Shown here: positions 37,386-49,554 of the stretch, in pieces
Position numbering within the stretch: position 1 is the stretch's first letter
How the letters are laid out: every line of letters begins with the position of its first letter
DNA from: Octopus sinensis
Lineage: Eukaryota
NCBI RefSeq assembly: GCF_006345805.1
Contig: NC_042997.1
Coordinates: 188,294,001 to 188,358,000 of the forward strand
Direction: 5' to 3'
DNA: 64,000 bases
Translations under genes and position numbers: made by a program
The notes under the pieces: generated by a model
Database searches by the model: none
Seen by the model: only the letters and a program-made list of their open reading frames with translations
What the model was told of the DNA's origin: nothing

Positions 37386-39155
37386 CTAAGTTAGAAATCA
37401 ATATTGTGTCTCAGAATCTGTCAAGTATTTTTGCTGCAATGATGATGCAACAAAATCACAAAGCTGCTAGTCTTTATACACATAATACATATTGAATGAA
37501 TTCAGTTACTAAGCCAGACAGTTGAATAAAGGACGACCTCGCAATTCAAGAAGAACAGTGATAAATGTAAGAGCAGAATAAACTTGAAATTTCATTATTA
37601 TTAGCTGTAAAATTTCATTACAAATAAACCAATCCCTACAGGTTACATCTCTCAGCAATAAAAATATGTAAATAGTAAACTTGTTCATTATTCCATGACT
37701 TAGTCTTACTAAAATTTGCAAAACCAACTTCAAAATTAACATTAAATATTTCATAGCATATTCAACTGATGATCATTTATTTTTACAGACGCTAAGATTT
37801 GCCTTTATTTTATGAGGTATGGACATAATAAATTCATCTTTATCTGAATATAACTGTTCTTTATACGTCTCAAAATCCAAGATCTTAAAACGATGAGTAT
37901 ATTCTTTGACTCAATATTAAATCTAATGTTTTGGCTTTTAAAATTTTCAGTCAATGTCAAATTTTTCAATAAATTTTTATTCAGTTAATGGCCTTTTGGT
38001 TCCATAACAGTCCAATAACACTAAAAAACATTGGTGTCACTATGAACATTATCGTCATTTCAAATTACATGCTGCTGAATTGATGATTGTTAAAACATTT
38101 GTCAGTTTCCATAATAAATCAATATTCTAATCTTTTGGAAAAACAAAACAACTCTCCTTACTACAAATATTAAATATTTCACTGTTATCAATAAGCAGGT
38201 GATGGTATTAGCATCAATAATAGAGCTATTGCTGACTATATTTGATAAGGTAAGTGATAGTGACAATAATAACATCGTATTGATATTGTTATAACAGTAA
38301 TATATTTGTTATTGATGACGTTTTTATATCATGTTATGATAAGTATTAAGAATGTATTTGCATTTCTTGAGTCATGTAACTTTAACTTTTCATGGCTTGA
38401 ACATGAATATTTTGTATTTGTTTTACTCATGGTCAAAATATTTCAGACAACAACTTACATCCTCATTATCATTGTAGTTGCCATTGCCACTGTTACCACG
38501 GCCACTGCTGTCACCATTATTGAAGTTGTCATTGACATCATCATCAAGATCATATTTTGATGTTTAAAGCATTTGACTTTTGACCCCAAAGTTACTTAGT
38601 GAAAGACTAGATGCTGCTAATGTCATCTTTGATATCTTTTTTCCTCTGCTTGATAAACCAAATACTAGTTATATAATTGCCTCACTTCCAAAACAAGGGG
38701 CAAAAGTGGCCAGAAATAGGAGCAAAAATCACATTGATATCCACATAGAAGTGACCAAAAGGATTTTATAGTTAGAGACAGCAAATATTAGTTTTAAAAG
38801 TATTTATTTATTTGCTTGTTAAATACCATTCTACAGCAATGGAAAAGGAATCATAGATGTATTGTGAAAGAATTCAAACATTCTTGATTCTCATCAATAA
38901 AAATAGATTGTTCTATTTATTCTATCGACACAGATAGTATTTTTTATCCAAACATAGTACTGTGTTTGTTATTTGAGTGCTTTACACATTATAAAATTTA
39001 TAAATGTTTACCTTTATGACTCCCAGCAACATTTAGACTTAAAAGGTTTTTAGATATTTTGGTTAGGAGCTTCTAAATATACCAAATAGATGATTCTTGA
39101 CTAGTTGGATGTAAGGTACTAGATACGATAAATGGAGTATCAGGTTGGCTTAGAT

Positions 39156-39350
39156 GGAAAAGTCTAGACAGTTTTAATTGGAGATTCCAGACGTCATATG
39201 AAAGTCTCTAAAAATATAGAATGGAAGGTTTTTAGACTTGCTGGAATAGAAGCTTCTAGAAACATTGAATGGAAGATTTCAAATTAGCTGAACAGAAAAT
39301 TCTAGACATATTGAATGAATGAACCTAAACATGTTGATCAGAAGTTTAGA
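39156..39350. repeat. Degenerate minisatellite (20-25 bp period) of HSE-like units
   Basis: Recurrent nGAAnnTTCnnGA motif, with a perfect aGAAgcTTCtaGAAa at 39248-39262. Confidence 0.6.
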
Positions 39351-40544
39351 AACATAATATGCACGAAGAAGATAAATTTTAGATTTTAGTGGAAGTAAGT
39401 GAAAAGCCTATAATAGGTATTTAGCTGCTAGACAAACAACATATTTCACTGAAAATATATCAGATAAAAAGGGGGGGGGATTTAGATTCTTCAGTAAAAT
39501 ATTGACAACTTCTTTGAGCATTATCAATCTAAAAATAAAAATTTTAAAAAAACTTAGACGAGACTTAACCCATCATTAGCTTTCTTTAAAACACACAAAA
39601 TTATTCCATTTGCTGTATCTTTTAGCTAAAGTAAATAATTTTAGTCCTCTCTCTATCACATCCTATTGTCCTGCTCATCTTACAGTGCCAATCTAGCATA
39701 TTCCTTCAGTAAATGGCATGGAAGATCTCTATTGATTTTTCTGTCCTATCCTTGGCAGGCATCCGACAAGAGGTGTCAGCTTAATCAACAACTGATTTCA
39801 TGGCTATATGCTGTTTCTACCAGAGGGCAATATAATCACATGTTTTATTTATTCTGAAGCCTATGCAACTCATGGAAAGGGCCATAGGTAATGTAATTGA
39901 AGGAAAAGAGAGGGCTAAGGAAAGAATTAGAAACCTAATATAGTTTATTCTGGACATAAAAATCTGATCTTCCTATATGAAATTAATAATTATTGAAAAA
40001 GAAGGAGAAAAGGAGAGAATGGATAGATTCAGATATACATACGGAGCTATATAGATAGACAGAGAGAGATAGAGAGAGTGTGTGTGAAAGAGAGAGTGAG
40101 AAAGACACAGAGAGAGAAAGCCAACAAAGGAGAAAATGACAGAGTGAGAAAAAAAGAAATAGAAAAAGAGACTGAGAGAGTGTATTTTTTCCCAGGCAAA
40201 CTAATTGAAAGCAATTATTAATATCCAAGAAATATTGTGCTTCCTAGTATCAAGTGAAAGAAACATATTTTAACCAGATTATGAAAAATTCAAAATCTTC
40301 TCAAATATTTCTAGGAAACACATTGTTGCAATATTACAATTTGAAGATATTTTAATATTGCAGTTTTGAAACAATGTCAAAATATAAATGACTTGGAAGA
40401 TTAAACATATTATAAATTCATGAAAATGAAAATATAAAAACATAAAATGGATGTCTATTTTGGAAATGCAGCAGTAAATTAGACATACATTGCTTTATAT
40501 GAACAAGCATATCCTTCTTTCTATCTCTTTAACCATATTCTTTC

Positions 40545-41590
40545 TTTTATTCTTTTATTTATTTCAGTCGTTTGACTGTGGCCATGCTGGAGCACTGCCT
40601 TTTAGTCAAACAAACCGACCCCAGGAATTATTTTTCGTAAGCCTAGTATTTATTCTATCAGTATCTTTTGCTGAACTGCTAAGTTACGGGGACGTAAACA
40701 CACCAGCATCAGTTGTCAAACGATGTTGGGGGGGGGGGGCAAACACAGACACACAAACACACACATACATACACACACATATATATATATATATATACGA
40801 TGGGCTTCTTTCAGTTTCCATCTACCAAATCCACTCACAAGGCTTTGGTCGGCCTGAGGCTATAGTAGAAAGCACTTGCCCAAGGTGCCACGCAGTGGGA
40901 CTGAACCCAGAACCATATGGTTGGTAAGCAAGCTACACATGCACACTCACACACACACACACATGCACCTATATATACATATACATATACATACATACCT
41001 ATATACAAGCCCTCTTCCACATGCACATACAAACTCACTTATACACACGCACGCGCACCTTCGTTTTGGGATCACCACCACTTTGTTATCTTCCCTTCTC
41101 CCTAGCTCTCTTGTGTGACCCTTCTGTCCAGCCTTCACCATGATAGATCGCTAGCCACTACACATTCTTTATTTTCTCTCCTTGTTTCTTTCTGTGTCCT
41201 TTTCTGTGGAAAAGTGTAGGCTTGAAACGTTAAATACTTTTTCACTTCCTGAGTATTATACTAATACATCTCTTTGTTGTCTACACCACCTGTCTTTGTC
41301 TTTTGTATTTTTTTGTGAATTCTCCCTAAATACATACATACCTATATATATATATTATTTCTTTACTACCCTCAAGGGGGTAAACACAGAAGGGACAAAC
41401 AAGGACAGACAAACGGATTAAGTCGATTATATCGACCCCAGTGCGTAACTGGTACTTATTTAATCGACCCCGAAGGGATGAAAGGCAAAGTCAACGTCAG
41501 CGGAATTTGAACACAGAACATAACAGCAGACGAAATACTGGTAAGCATTTTGCCTGGCGTGCTAATTTTTCTGTCAACTTGTCGCCTTTA
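40545..41590. mobile_element. Cluster: SINE B (-, 40545-40940), Penelope pseudo-LTR (+, 41040-41330), SINE A (-, 41358-41590)
   Basis: Each segment matches other copies in the window. Confidence 0.8.
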
Positions 41591-41603
41591 TATATATATA
41601 TAT

Positions 41604-41798
41604 AAGTTCAGCAAAATTTAGATTCGGATGAATATGGTACTTAAGTTAGATGCACCAGAACTTTCTATGGTGCTATCCATATAAATCCATGGGGTGATTA
41701 TAATCAAAAAAAGCAACAAGAATATCTCTGGTAATTTGGTACGATCGTTTCACGCTACCAAATTACCGGAGATATTCTTGTTGCTTATTTTGATTATA
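41604..41798. mobile_element. Short repeat ending in a 43-bp-stem hairpin, copy 1
   Basis: Arms at 41699-41741 and 41756-41798 (2 mismatches, 14-nt loop), TA-flanked. Homolog at 57750-57934. Confidence 0.75.
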
Positions 41799-42159
41799 TA
41801 TATATACACACACACAGTTGCAGGCATGGCTGTGTGGTAAAAAGTTTGCTTTCCAATCACATCATCCTAGGTTCAGTCCTGTTGCATGGCATCTTGGGCA
41901 ATTGTCTTCTGCTACAGCCCTGGACTGATCAAAGCATTGTTAGTGGATTTGGTTGAAAGAAACCCATTATATATATATATATATATACATACATACATAC
42001 ACCCAGAATCATGCTTAGGAGTGAAATTTAGGATTTCTCAGTTTTTTGTGAATTGAATTTTTGTAAAACTTTTCCCAGCTGGTTTGCACACTATGGCAAC
42101 ACCATTGTTATGTTTTCATTATTCTGTGTAATGTCCTTTCTTTTTTATTTCAGATTCTT

Positions 42160-42400
42160 CAGTTTTTTGGTTGTGGAAAAGGCCTTAACGATGAAGGAAA
42201 GTCTGTCATCATGTGGACACAGATGATTCCTGAAGGACTCTTCACCAAGGAAGAAACAATCTTATTGTGGGACCTCCAATACTGTGACAGCTAGGGATTT
42301 AGGGAATATTGGCTGCAAGTTATGTGGGAAACCTGGACAAACAAGCAAAGCTATTTTCACTGCCACCCGAAATCGCATCCTCAGGACCATGGCACTCCAG
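42160..42400 (+). mobile_element. Possible relic of an RLE-type non-LTR element (zinc-knuckle region)
   Basis: IGCKLCGKPG...RNRILR resembles the C.LCG..G...RHN.VL block of R2/NeSL/Hero-like elements, with a deletion. Confidence 0.3.
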
Positions 42401-42668
42401 CAGGGCTGCAATCCAATGACTGAAATGAGCAAAAGATATTTTACCTTTTTTTTTTATACTTATTTCATTTATTACACTGCGACCATACTGGGGCACCACC
42501 TTGAAGAATTTGTAGTTGATTGAATTAACCTCAGTACTCTTTTTTTTTTAGTCTGGTACTTATTCTGTTGGTCTCTTTTGCTGAACTGCTAAGTTACAGA
42601 GATGTAAGCACATCAGCAGCAGTCGTCAAGCAGAGGTAGGGTACAGACACAAAGGCACACTCACACAG

Positions 42669-42700
<32 letters not shown>

Positions 42701-42718
42701 ATGTATATGTATATATGT

Positions 42719-43935
42719 ATCATCATCATCATCATCATCATTTAGCGTCCGTTTTCCATGCTAGCATGGGTTGGACGGTTCTACTGGGGTCTGTGAAGCC
42801 AGAAGGCTTCATCAGGCCCAGTCAAATCTGGCAGTGTTTCTACGGCTGGATGCCCTTCCTAACGCCAACCACTCCGTGAGTGTAGTGGGTGCTTTTTACG
42901 TGCCACCCGCACTGGTGCCAGAAAGAGCTGGCAAACGGCCACGAACGGATGGTGCTTTTTATGTGCCACCGGCACGAGGGCCAGGCGAGGCTGGCAACGG
43001 ACACGAAACGGGGCGGTGCTGGCAACGGTCGCGAAACGGAAAGTTCTCTTACATGCCACCGGCACTGGTAACACATCTGCAATTTCCATTGATCGATTTC
43101 CATTGATCGATTTCGATTCTGATCCTCACTTGCCTCAATGGTCTTCACAAGCAGAGTTTCGACATGCCACCGGCACTGGTAGCACATCCGCAATTTCCAT
43201 TGATCGATTTCGATTCTGATCCTCACTTGCCTCAACACGTCTTCACAAGTAGAGTTTTGTGTCCCAAGAAGGGAAGGTATGCATACGTAGGCTGGCTCCA
43301 TCCCATGTAGAAGGCCACGGGTTGTGGACTCACTTGTCCTGCCGGGTCTTCTCGCGCACAGCACACTTCCAGAGGTCTCGGTCTCTAGTCATTTCCTCAG
43401 TGAGACCTAAAGTTCGAAGGTCGTGCTTCACCACCTCGTCCCAGGTTTTCCTGGGTCTGCCTCTTCCACAGGTTCCCTCAACCGCTAGGGTGTGGCACTT
43501 TTTCACACAACTATCTTCATCCATTCTCGCCACATGACCATACCAGCGCAAACGTCTCTCTTGCACACCACAACTGATGCTTCTTAGGTCCAGCTTTTCT
43601 CTCAAGGTACTTACACTCTGCCGAGTGTGAGTACCGGCATTACACATCCATCGGAGCATACTGGCTTCATTTCTAGCGAGCTTACGCATATCCTCAGCAG
43701 TCACGGCCCATGTTTCACTGCCATGTAGCATGGCTGTTCGTACACACGCATCATACAGTCTGCCTTTCACTCTGTGCGAGAGGCCTTTTGTCACCAGCAG
43801 AGGTAAGAGCTCTCTGAACTTTGCCCAAGCTATTCTTACTCTAGCAGTTACACTTTCAGCACCCACCCCCGCTGCTGACTTGGTCACCTAGGTAACGGAA
43901 ACTATCAACTATTTCTAGTTTTTCTCCCTGGAAAG
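42719..43935 (-). mobile_element. 5'-truncated, relatively young RTE LINE (ORF C-terminus, 3' UTR, (GAT)n tail)
   Basis: GEKLEIVDSFRYLGDQ, then a frameshift near 43858, then ESVTARVRIAWAKFRELLPLL...LHGSETW...RRLRWYGHVARM...GRGRPRKTW. Confidence 0.95.
43330..43930 (-). pseudogene. RTE reverse transcriptase C-terminal coding remnant
   Basis: Conserved V..FRYLG, YGSETW-like, LRWYGHV and GRPRKTW motifs, with one frameshift and a 5' truncation. Confidence 0.9.
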
Positions 43936-44139
43936 TGACGGAAGTTGGTCTCAGAGCATTTTCAGTGTTTATTGTTCCTGAGCATCTGCCACATACAAAA
44001 ACCATCTTCCTAGTTAGCCTTCCTTTGACATTGCTGCATCTCTTATGTGTCCATAGCTTACACTTGGTGCATCTTATAGAGTTTCTACCTACACCTTTTC
44101 TACAGATCGAGCAGGGCCATCTACCTGAAGGTGTTTGTG

Positions 44140-44171
<32 letters not shown>

Positions 44172-44297
44172 CACCCGAAATTGCGAGGATGATCTGGTTC
44201 TTGACTGAAGATTGAAGGCTTCGAATGTCCCATCCGTGTGTTTTGTATCGTCTTCTAAATGTTTTGCGTTCTTGTCCCAGTTTGTATTTTTTTTACA

Positions 44298-44330
<33 letters not shown>

Positions 44331-44332
44331 TC

Positions 44333-46348
44333 ATCTGGCACCTGTGTCGGTGGCACATAAAGACACCATCCGAAGACCCGGCGACGTAGTCAGTCCACCG
44401 TGCATACCTTCCCTCTTATGACACTTGTGAAGACCTGTTGAGGCAAGTGTGTGACACTTGTGAAGACCTGTTGAGGCAGAAGCAAGTGTGTGACACTTGT
44501 GGAGACCTGTTGAGGCAAGTGTGTGACCCTTGTGAAGACCTGTTGAGGCAAGTGAAAATCAAATCAAACCAAATCAAAATAGATGAACATCAATGGAATT
44601 TGTATCTTTGTGGTTCCAGTACCGGTGGCACACAAGAAAACCATCCGAACGTGGCCGTAGCCAGTACCGCATCGACTGGCCTCCGTGCTGTGGGCACAAC
44701 AAACACCATCTGATCGTGGCCGTTCGCCAGCCTCATCTGGCACCTGTGTCGGTGGCACATAAAAACACCATCCGAAGACCCGGCGACGTAGTCAGTCCAC
44801 CTGTGCATACCTTCCCTCTTATGACACTTGTGAAGACCTGTTGAGGCAAGTGTGTGACACTTGTGAAGACCTGTTGAGGCAAGTGAAAATCAAACCAAAT
44901 CAAAATAGATGAACATCAATGGAATTTGTATCTTTGTGGTTCCAGTACCGGTGGCACACAAGAAAACCATCCGATCGTGGCCGGTCACCAGCCTCATCTG
45001 GCACCTGTGTCGGTGGCACATAAAAACACCATCCGAAGACCCGGCGACGTAGTCAGTCCACCTGTGCATACCTTCCTACTTATGACACTTGTGAAGACCT
45101 GTTGAGGCAAGTGTGTGACACTTGTGTAGACCTGTTGAGGCAAGTGAAAATCAAAATCAAATCAAATCAAATCAAACCAAATCAAAATAGATGAACATCA
45201 ATGGAATTTGTATCTTTGTGGTACCAGTACCGGTGGCACACAAGAAAACCATCCGAACATGGCCGTAGCCAGTACCGCATCGACTGGCCTCTGTGATGTG
45301 GGCACATAACAAACACCATCCGATCGTGGCCGTCCGCCAGCCTCATCTGGCACCTGTGTCGGTGGCACATAAAAACACCAACCGAAGACCCGGCAAGACT
45401 AGTCAGGCCATAACCCATGGCCCCTACTTGGGACGTAGTCAGTCCACCTGTGCATACCTTCCTTCCTTCTTGTGACACTTGTGAAGACCTGTTGAGGCAA
45501 GTGAAAATCAAAATCAAATCAAATCAAATCAAAATAGATGAACATCAATGGAATTTGTATCTTGTGGTACCAGTGCCGGTGGCACACAAGAAAAGCATCC
45601 GAACGTGGCCGTAGCCAGTACCGCATCGACTGGCCTCCGTGCTGTGGGCACGCAACAAACACCATCCGATCGTGGCCGTTCGCCAGCCTCATCTGGCACC
45701 TGTGTCGGTGGCACATAAAAACACCATCCGAAGACCCGGCAAGACTAGTCAGGCCATAACCCGTGGCCCCTACCTGGGACGTAGTCAGTCCACCTGTGCA
45801 TACCTTCCTTCTTGTGACACTTGTGAAGACCTGTTGAGGCAAGTGAAAATCAAATCAAATCAAAACAAATCAAAATAGATGAACATCAATGGAATTTGTA
45901 TCATTGTGGTACCAGTGCCGGTGGCACACAAGAAAATCATCCGAACGTGGCCGTAGCCAGTACCGCATAGACTGGCCTCCGTGCTTTGGGGACGTAACAA
46001 ACACCATCCGATCGTGGCTGTCCGCCAGCCTCATCTGGCACCTGTGTCGGTGGCACATAAAAACACCATCCGAGCGTGGCCGTCTGCCAGCCTCGTCTGG
46101 CACCTGTGTCGGTGGCACATAAAAACAACACCATCGAGCATGGCCGTTCGCCAGCCTCGTCTGGCACCTGTGTCGGTGGCACATAAAATCACCCACTACA
46201 CTCTCGGAGTGGTTGGCGTTAGGAAGGGCATCCAGCTGTAGAAACACTGCCAGATCTGACTAGCCTGGTGCAGCCTTCGGGCTCCCCAGACCCCAGTTGA
46301 ACCGTCCAACCCATGCTAGCATGGAAAACGGACGCTAAATGATGATGA
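44333..46348 (+). repeat. Tandem array of RTE 3' UTR units (five units plus a partial), ending in a canonical tail
   Basis: Unit junctions gaagacccggc at 44372, 44774, 45035, 45384 and 45730. A 33-bp subrepeat occurs in several units, and there is a single (gat)n terminus at about 46340. Confidence 0.9.
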
Positions 46349-46522
46349 TATACATACACAATGAGCTTCTTTCAGTTTCTGCCTATCAAACCCACCCACA
46401 AGGCTTTGATCAGCTTGAGGCTATAGTAGAAGACACTTGCCCATCATGCCAGGCAGTGGGACTGAACCTGGAACCATGTGGTTGAGAAGTAAGCCTTTTA
46501 CCACACCAGCTATGCCTATATA

Positions 46523-46709
46523 CAAGGGGATGCTGAAAAGTTCCTGGCTTTAAGGGTCTAGTTGGAGGCCAACCTTCTGACTTCTTTTAGAAAAACTGAA
46601 GAACTGCTGCAATAAGTGTGTGAATCTGAGGCAGTTGAATAAAATCATGATTAACTGATCCTACTGTATTTTCTTTTACCCAAAGCCAGAAACTTTCAGT
46701 ACCTCCTTG
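46523..46709. mobile_element. Tc1/mariner-type MITE
   Basis: TIRs caaggggatgctgaaaagttcctggcttt and aaagccagaaactttcagtacctccttg, flanked by TA at 46521-22 and 46710-11. Confidence 0.8.
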
Positions 46710-47379
46710 TATTTGTATAAATTCAAGAAAATTTCATTACACTGCCCAGTAAATGTGAATGACCCATCTAAAGTTTGTGGAAATTGAAAACATTTATTAG
46801 TCTCCTTTTTATGCTATTTCATCTTTGGATATTGTTTTTGTATAAATGCCAGTTCAATGAAATAACATATGCATCTGTAGAAATAGTAGACATAAAACAG
46901 CAAAGTTCACTTGATGTGTATTGGTGCATTGTTCAGACCGATTAATGAAAAAGGACACTCTTTCCATTTCTCTGCCTCCTTCTCTGTCCTCCTCTCTCTC
47001 CCTCATCCCCCTCTCTCTATATAATTTCTTTTGGCTAATAACAATTCTAGGACTTAGTTTTATATGTATAGATAGGGTAATTAATGTAGTTAGGAAGAAT
47101 GACAGATTTATAATATTTGGCTAATTAATACAGAATAATGTGATAACCACCATAGGTTTTACATATGTCCTACTTGGGAGATTAACACATTAGAAGTTTT
47201 AATGATATACTTGGTTAATCATCGAGATATGCTTTTAAATAGAAAAGAGATTTAATAGTAATGTTGGGAAAAGTCAGCATGATACCCTTGCATTAATGGA
47301 GACCTGGGTATAGAAACTACATGAAGAGGTAACAAAAGTTTTTGGCAGTCTACAATGTAATTGATGTAATATATATTTC

Positions 47380-47555
47380 ATCTGTTGTTACATTCTGAGT
47401 TCAAATTCTGGCCAGGTCGACTTTGCCTTTCATCCTTTTGGCATCGATAAATAAAGTACCAGTTTCGCACTGGGGTCGATGTAATCAACTTAATCCCTTT
47501 GTCTGTCCTTGTTTGTCCCTTCTATGTTTAGCCCCTTGTGGGTAATAAAGAAATA
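47380..47555 (+). mobile_element. SINE family A body
   Basis: gttcaaattc...gtcgactttgcctttcatcc...gccccttgtgggtaataaagaaat. Confidence 0.8.
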
Positions 47556-48127
47556 TATATTTCCCTGCTCCTAAACAATCATATGACCTACTAGAAATAG
47601 CAACCAAATATCCCCACTGTCTTAAAAATGGAAGACACATGTGTATCGTCCTGATTTTCATGACTTCAATGCTTTTGACTCAAGAGCTACTGAATCAAGG
47701 CTGATCTTGAACTAAATATCAACAACATACTTTGCAATCTGGCTGGACTTTCCACCTGAGAAACAGACAGCTAATCTGTTATGAATACCAAATCCATGGA
47801 GGAGGAATGTTCTTCCTAATACAGAGTGAAGTCAGTTTAGGCTGGAATCAGATGATGAAAAGAAGATTAATTCATTCTTCGCTGATCTCAATTCTAGGTG
47901 TGACTATAAAATTTATTTGAATCCCAAATGTAGCTGTTGTGAACAACTTGCTTCATAGTTAGATCATACCTGCTATAATGCTTGTTGCCAGTGTGTTATA
48001 TAGCTATCAGTTTTGATAATTGGGCTGAGGGAATCAGTGTTATAATGGTGCTTATGGAGGTAATCCAATATGATTACCAAAGAGGAAAGAGTTAATAAAG
48101 TAGTTACTGAAGTTGAAATATTCTTAT

Positions 48128-48423
48128 ATGTGATCGTTACCAGCGCCGCCTTAATGGCACTTGTGCTGATGTGCAGGTAATACATAAAAGAAAAACACAA
48201 TTTCCATGACCGTTGCCAGTACTGCCTGACTGGCCCTCGTGCCGGTGACATGTAAAAGCACCCACTACACTCTCGGAGTGGTTGGCATTAGGAAGGGCAT
48301 CCAGTTGTAGAAACTCTGCCAAATCAAGATTGGAGCCTGGTGCAGCCATCTGGTTCGCCAGTCTTCAATCAAATCGTCCAACCCATGCTAGCATGGAAAG
48401 TGGATGTTAAACGACGATGATGT
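48128..48423 (+). mobile_element. RTE LINE 3' end
   Basis: Canonical 3' terminus and gatgatg tail. Confidence 0.85.
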
Positions 48424-48694
48424 CTATTACATTGTATTGCAGTGACTATGTAGAAGATCCTTTCCATACTCACTACACTGCTGTTGTTTTGTCTCTTATA
48501 GTACATGACTATACCTATTTGTTGGCTTGTGGTTAACCTTGCTTTATATTTCATAATTTTTTGTAAAGAAATGTAGTTTAATGTTATCTGCATTTAATAT
48601 TTATAACATCACATTATGAAACAGGCTATCATACACTTTCATACATCTCATAACCAACCTACAGGTTATAAGGTGTATGATTATAAAGACTATA

Positions 48695-49554
48695 CAGGGT
48701 GGTGCAAAAGTAGGCTTACAGCTGTATAGTTCTATATTTTACTAGCTGTATCGCCCGGCATTGCTCGGGTTTGTTTCGACCCTTTAGAATTGAAATTTTT
48801 AAAAAGTAAAAATTTTGCATTATGTAGCTTGTTATTCTCTTTAAGTGAACATTTTTCTGGTTGAAATACATCGAAAAATGGCTACACAGTAGTCAAAAGA
48901 TCGTATTTGATATAAATAATTTTTGGTCTTAACATGGTCCGATTTGAATTTTATCTTCTATGGAATTAAGAGCAAGCCTTCTTCTATCATACTCTAAATT
49001 TTGGTCAACTTGTGCCGCAGGGTCTCGGAGGAGATAGTGTTAGTTGAAGGCTATCGAATCTGCCATACACAGACAACTTCGGCTATATATATATAGATAG
49101 ATTTAAAAAACACTGTACAATGTTAGTCCCATAAATGCTCAAAATATGCACCATGAACATTGAAGCATTCTTGGAGTCTATCAGCCACACTGTGACACAA
49201 ACGACCACACAGGTCCAGGTCAGTGTTGATTTCCAGGCTATTCACAAGAGTCAATGTTACCTGCATTGAGTTTTCCTTAGTGGTAACAGTTTGAGAACAT
49301 CCAGATTTCGTGGCATTCTTTATTGAACCTGTCTCTTCGGATTTGTCTCTTATTTTGTAAATTGCCTGTTGTGAAGGCAATACAGTGTGAAAGGTTTCTG
49401 TTCACTTCTGGCACACTGTTTCTGCATTTTCGAATTTCCAATAATTCTTTAGGATCTACTTTCTTTCCTCGTCTGTCAGCTTACCCACCTTTAATCTTCA
49501 CTGTCTTGTAAAAATTAAAATATACAACTGTTAGCCTACATTTGCACGACCCTG
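48695..49554 (-). mobile_element. Internally deleted Tc1/mariner-superfamily DNA transposon with a nested Helitron-like element (48741-49098, +)
   Basis: TIRs cagggtggtgcaaaagtaggcttacag and ctgttagcctacatttgcacgaccctg with TA flanks. The relic fuses the N-terminus (IYKIRDK.EETGSIKN..KSG) to the C-terminus (RLQECFNVHGAYFEHL). Confidence 0.85.

Noticed and set aside
37509-37754. 81-aa minus-strand ORF
   Set aside because: No recognised family and no supporting splice or promoter context.
38453-38560. Asp/Asn/Gly-rich minus-strand exon ending in GTAAGT
   Set aside because: There is an in-frame stop just upstream and no acceptor; it is a degenerate triplet repeat.
44420-44552. CRISPR-like 33-bp direct repeats
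   Set aside because: The repeats are contiguous with no unique spacers, lie inside an RTE 3' UTR, and the DNA is eukaryotic with no cas genes.
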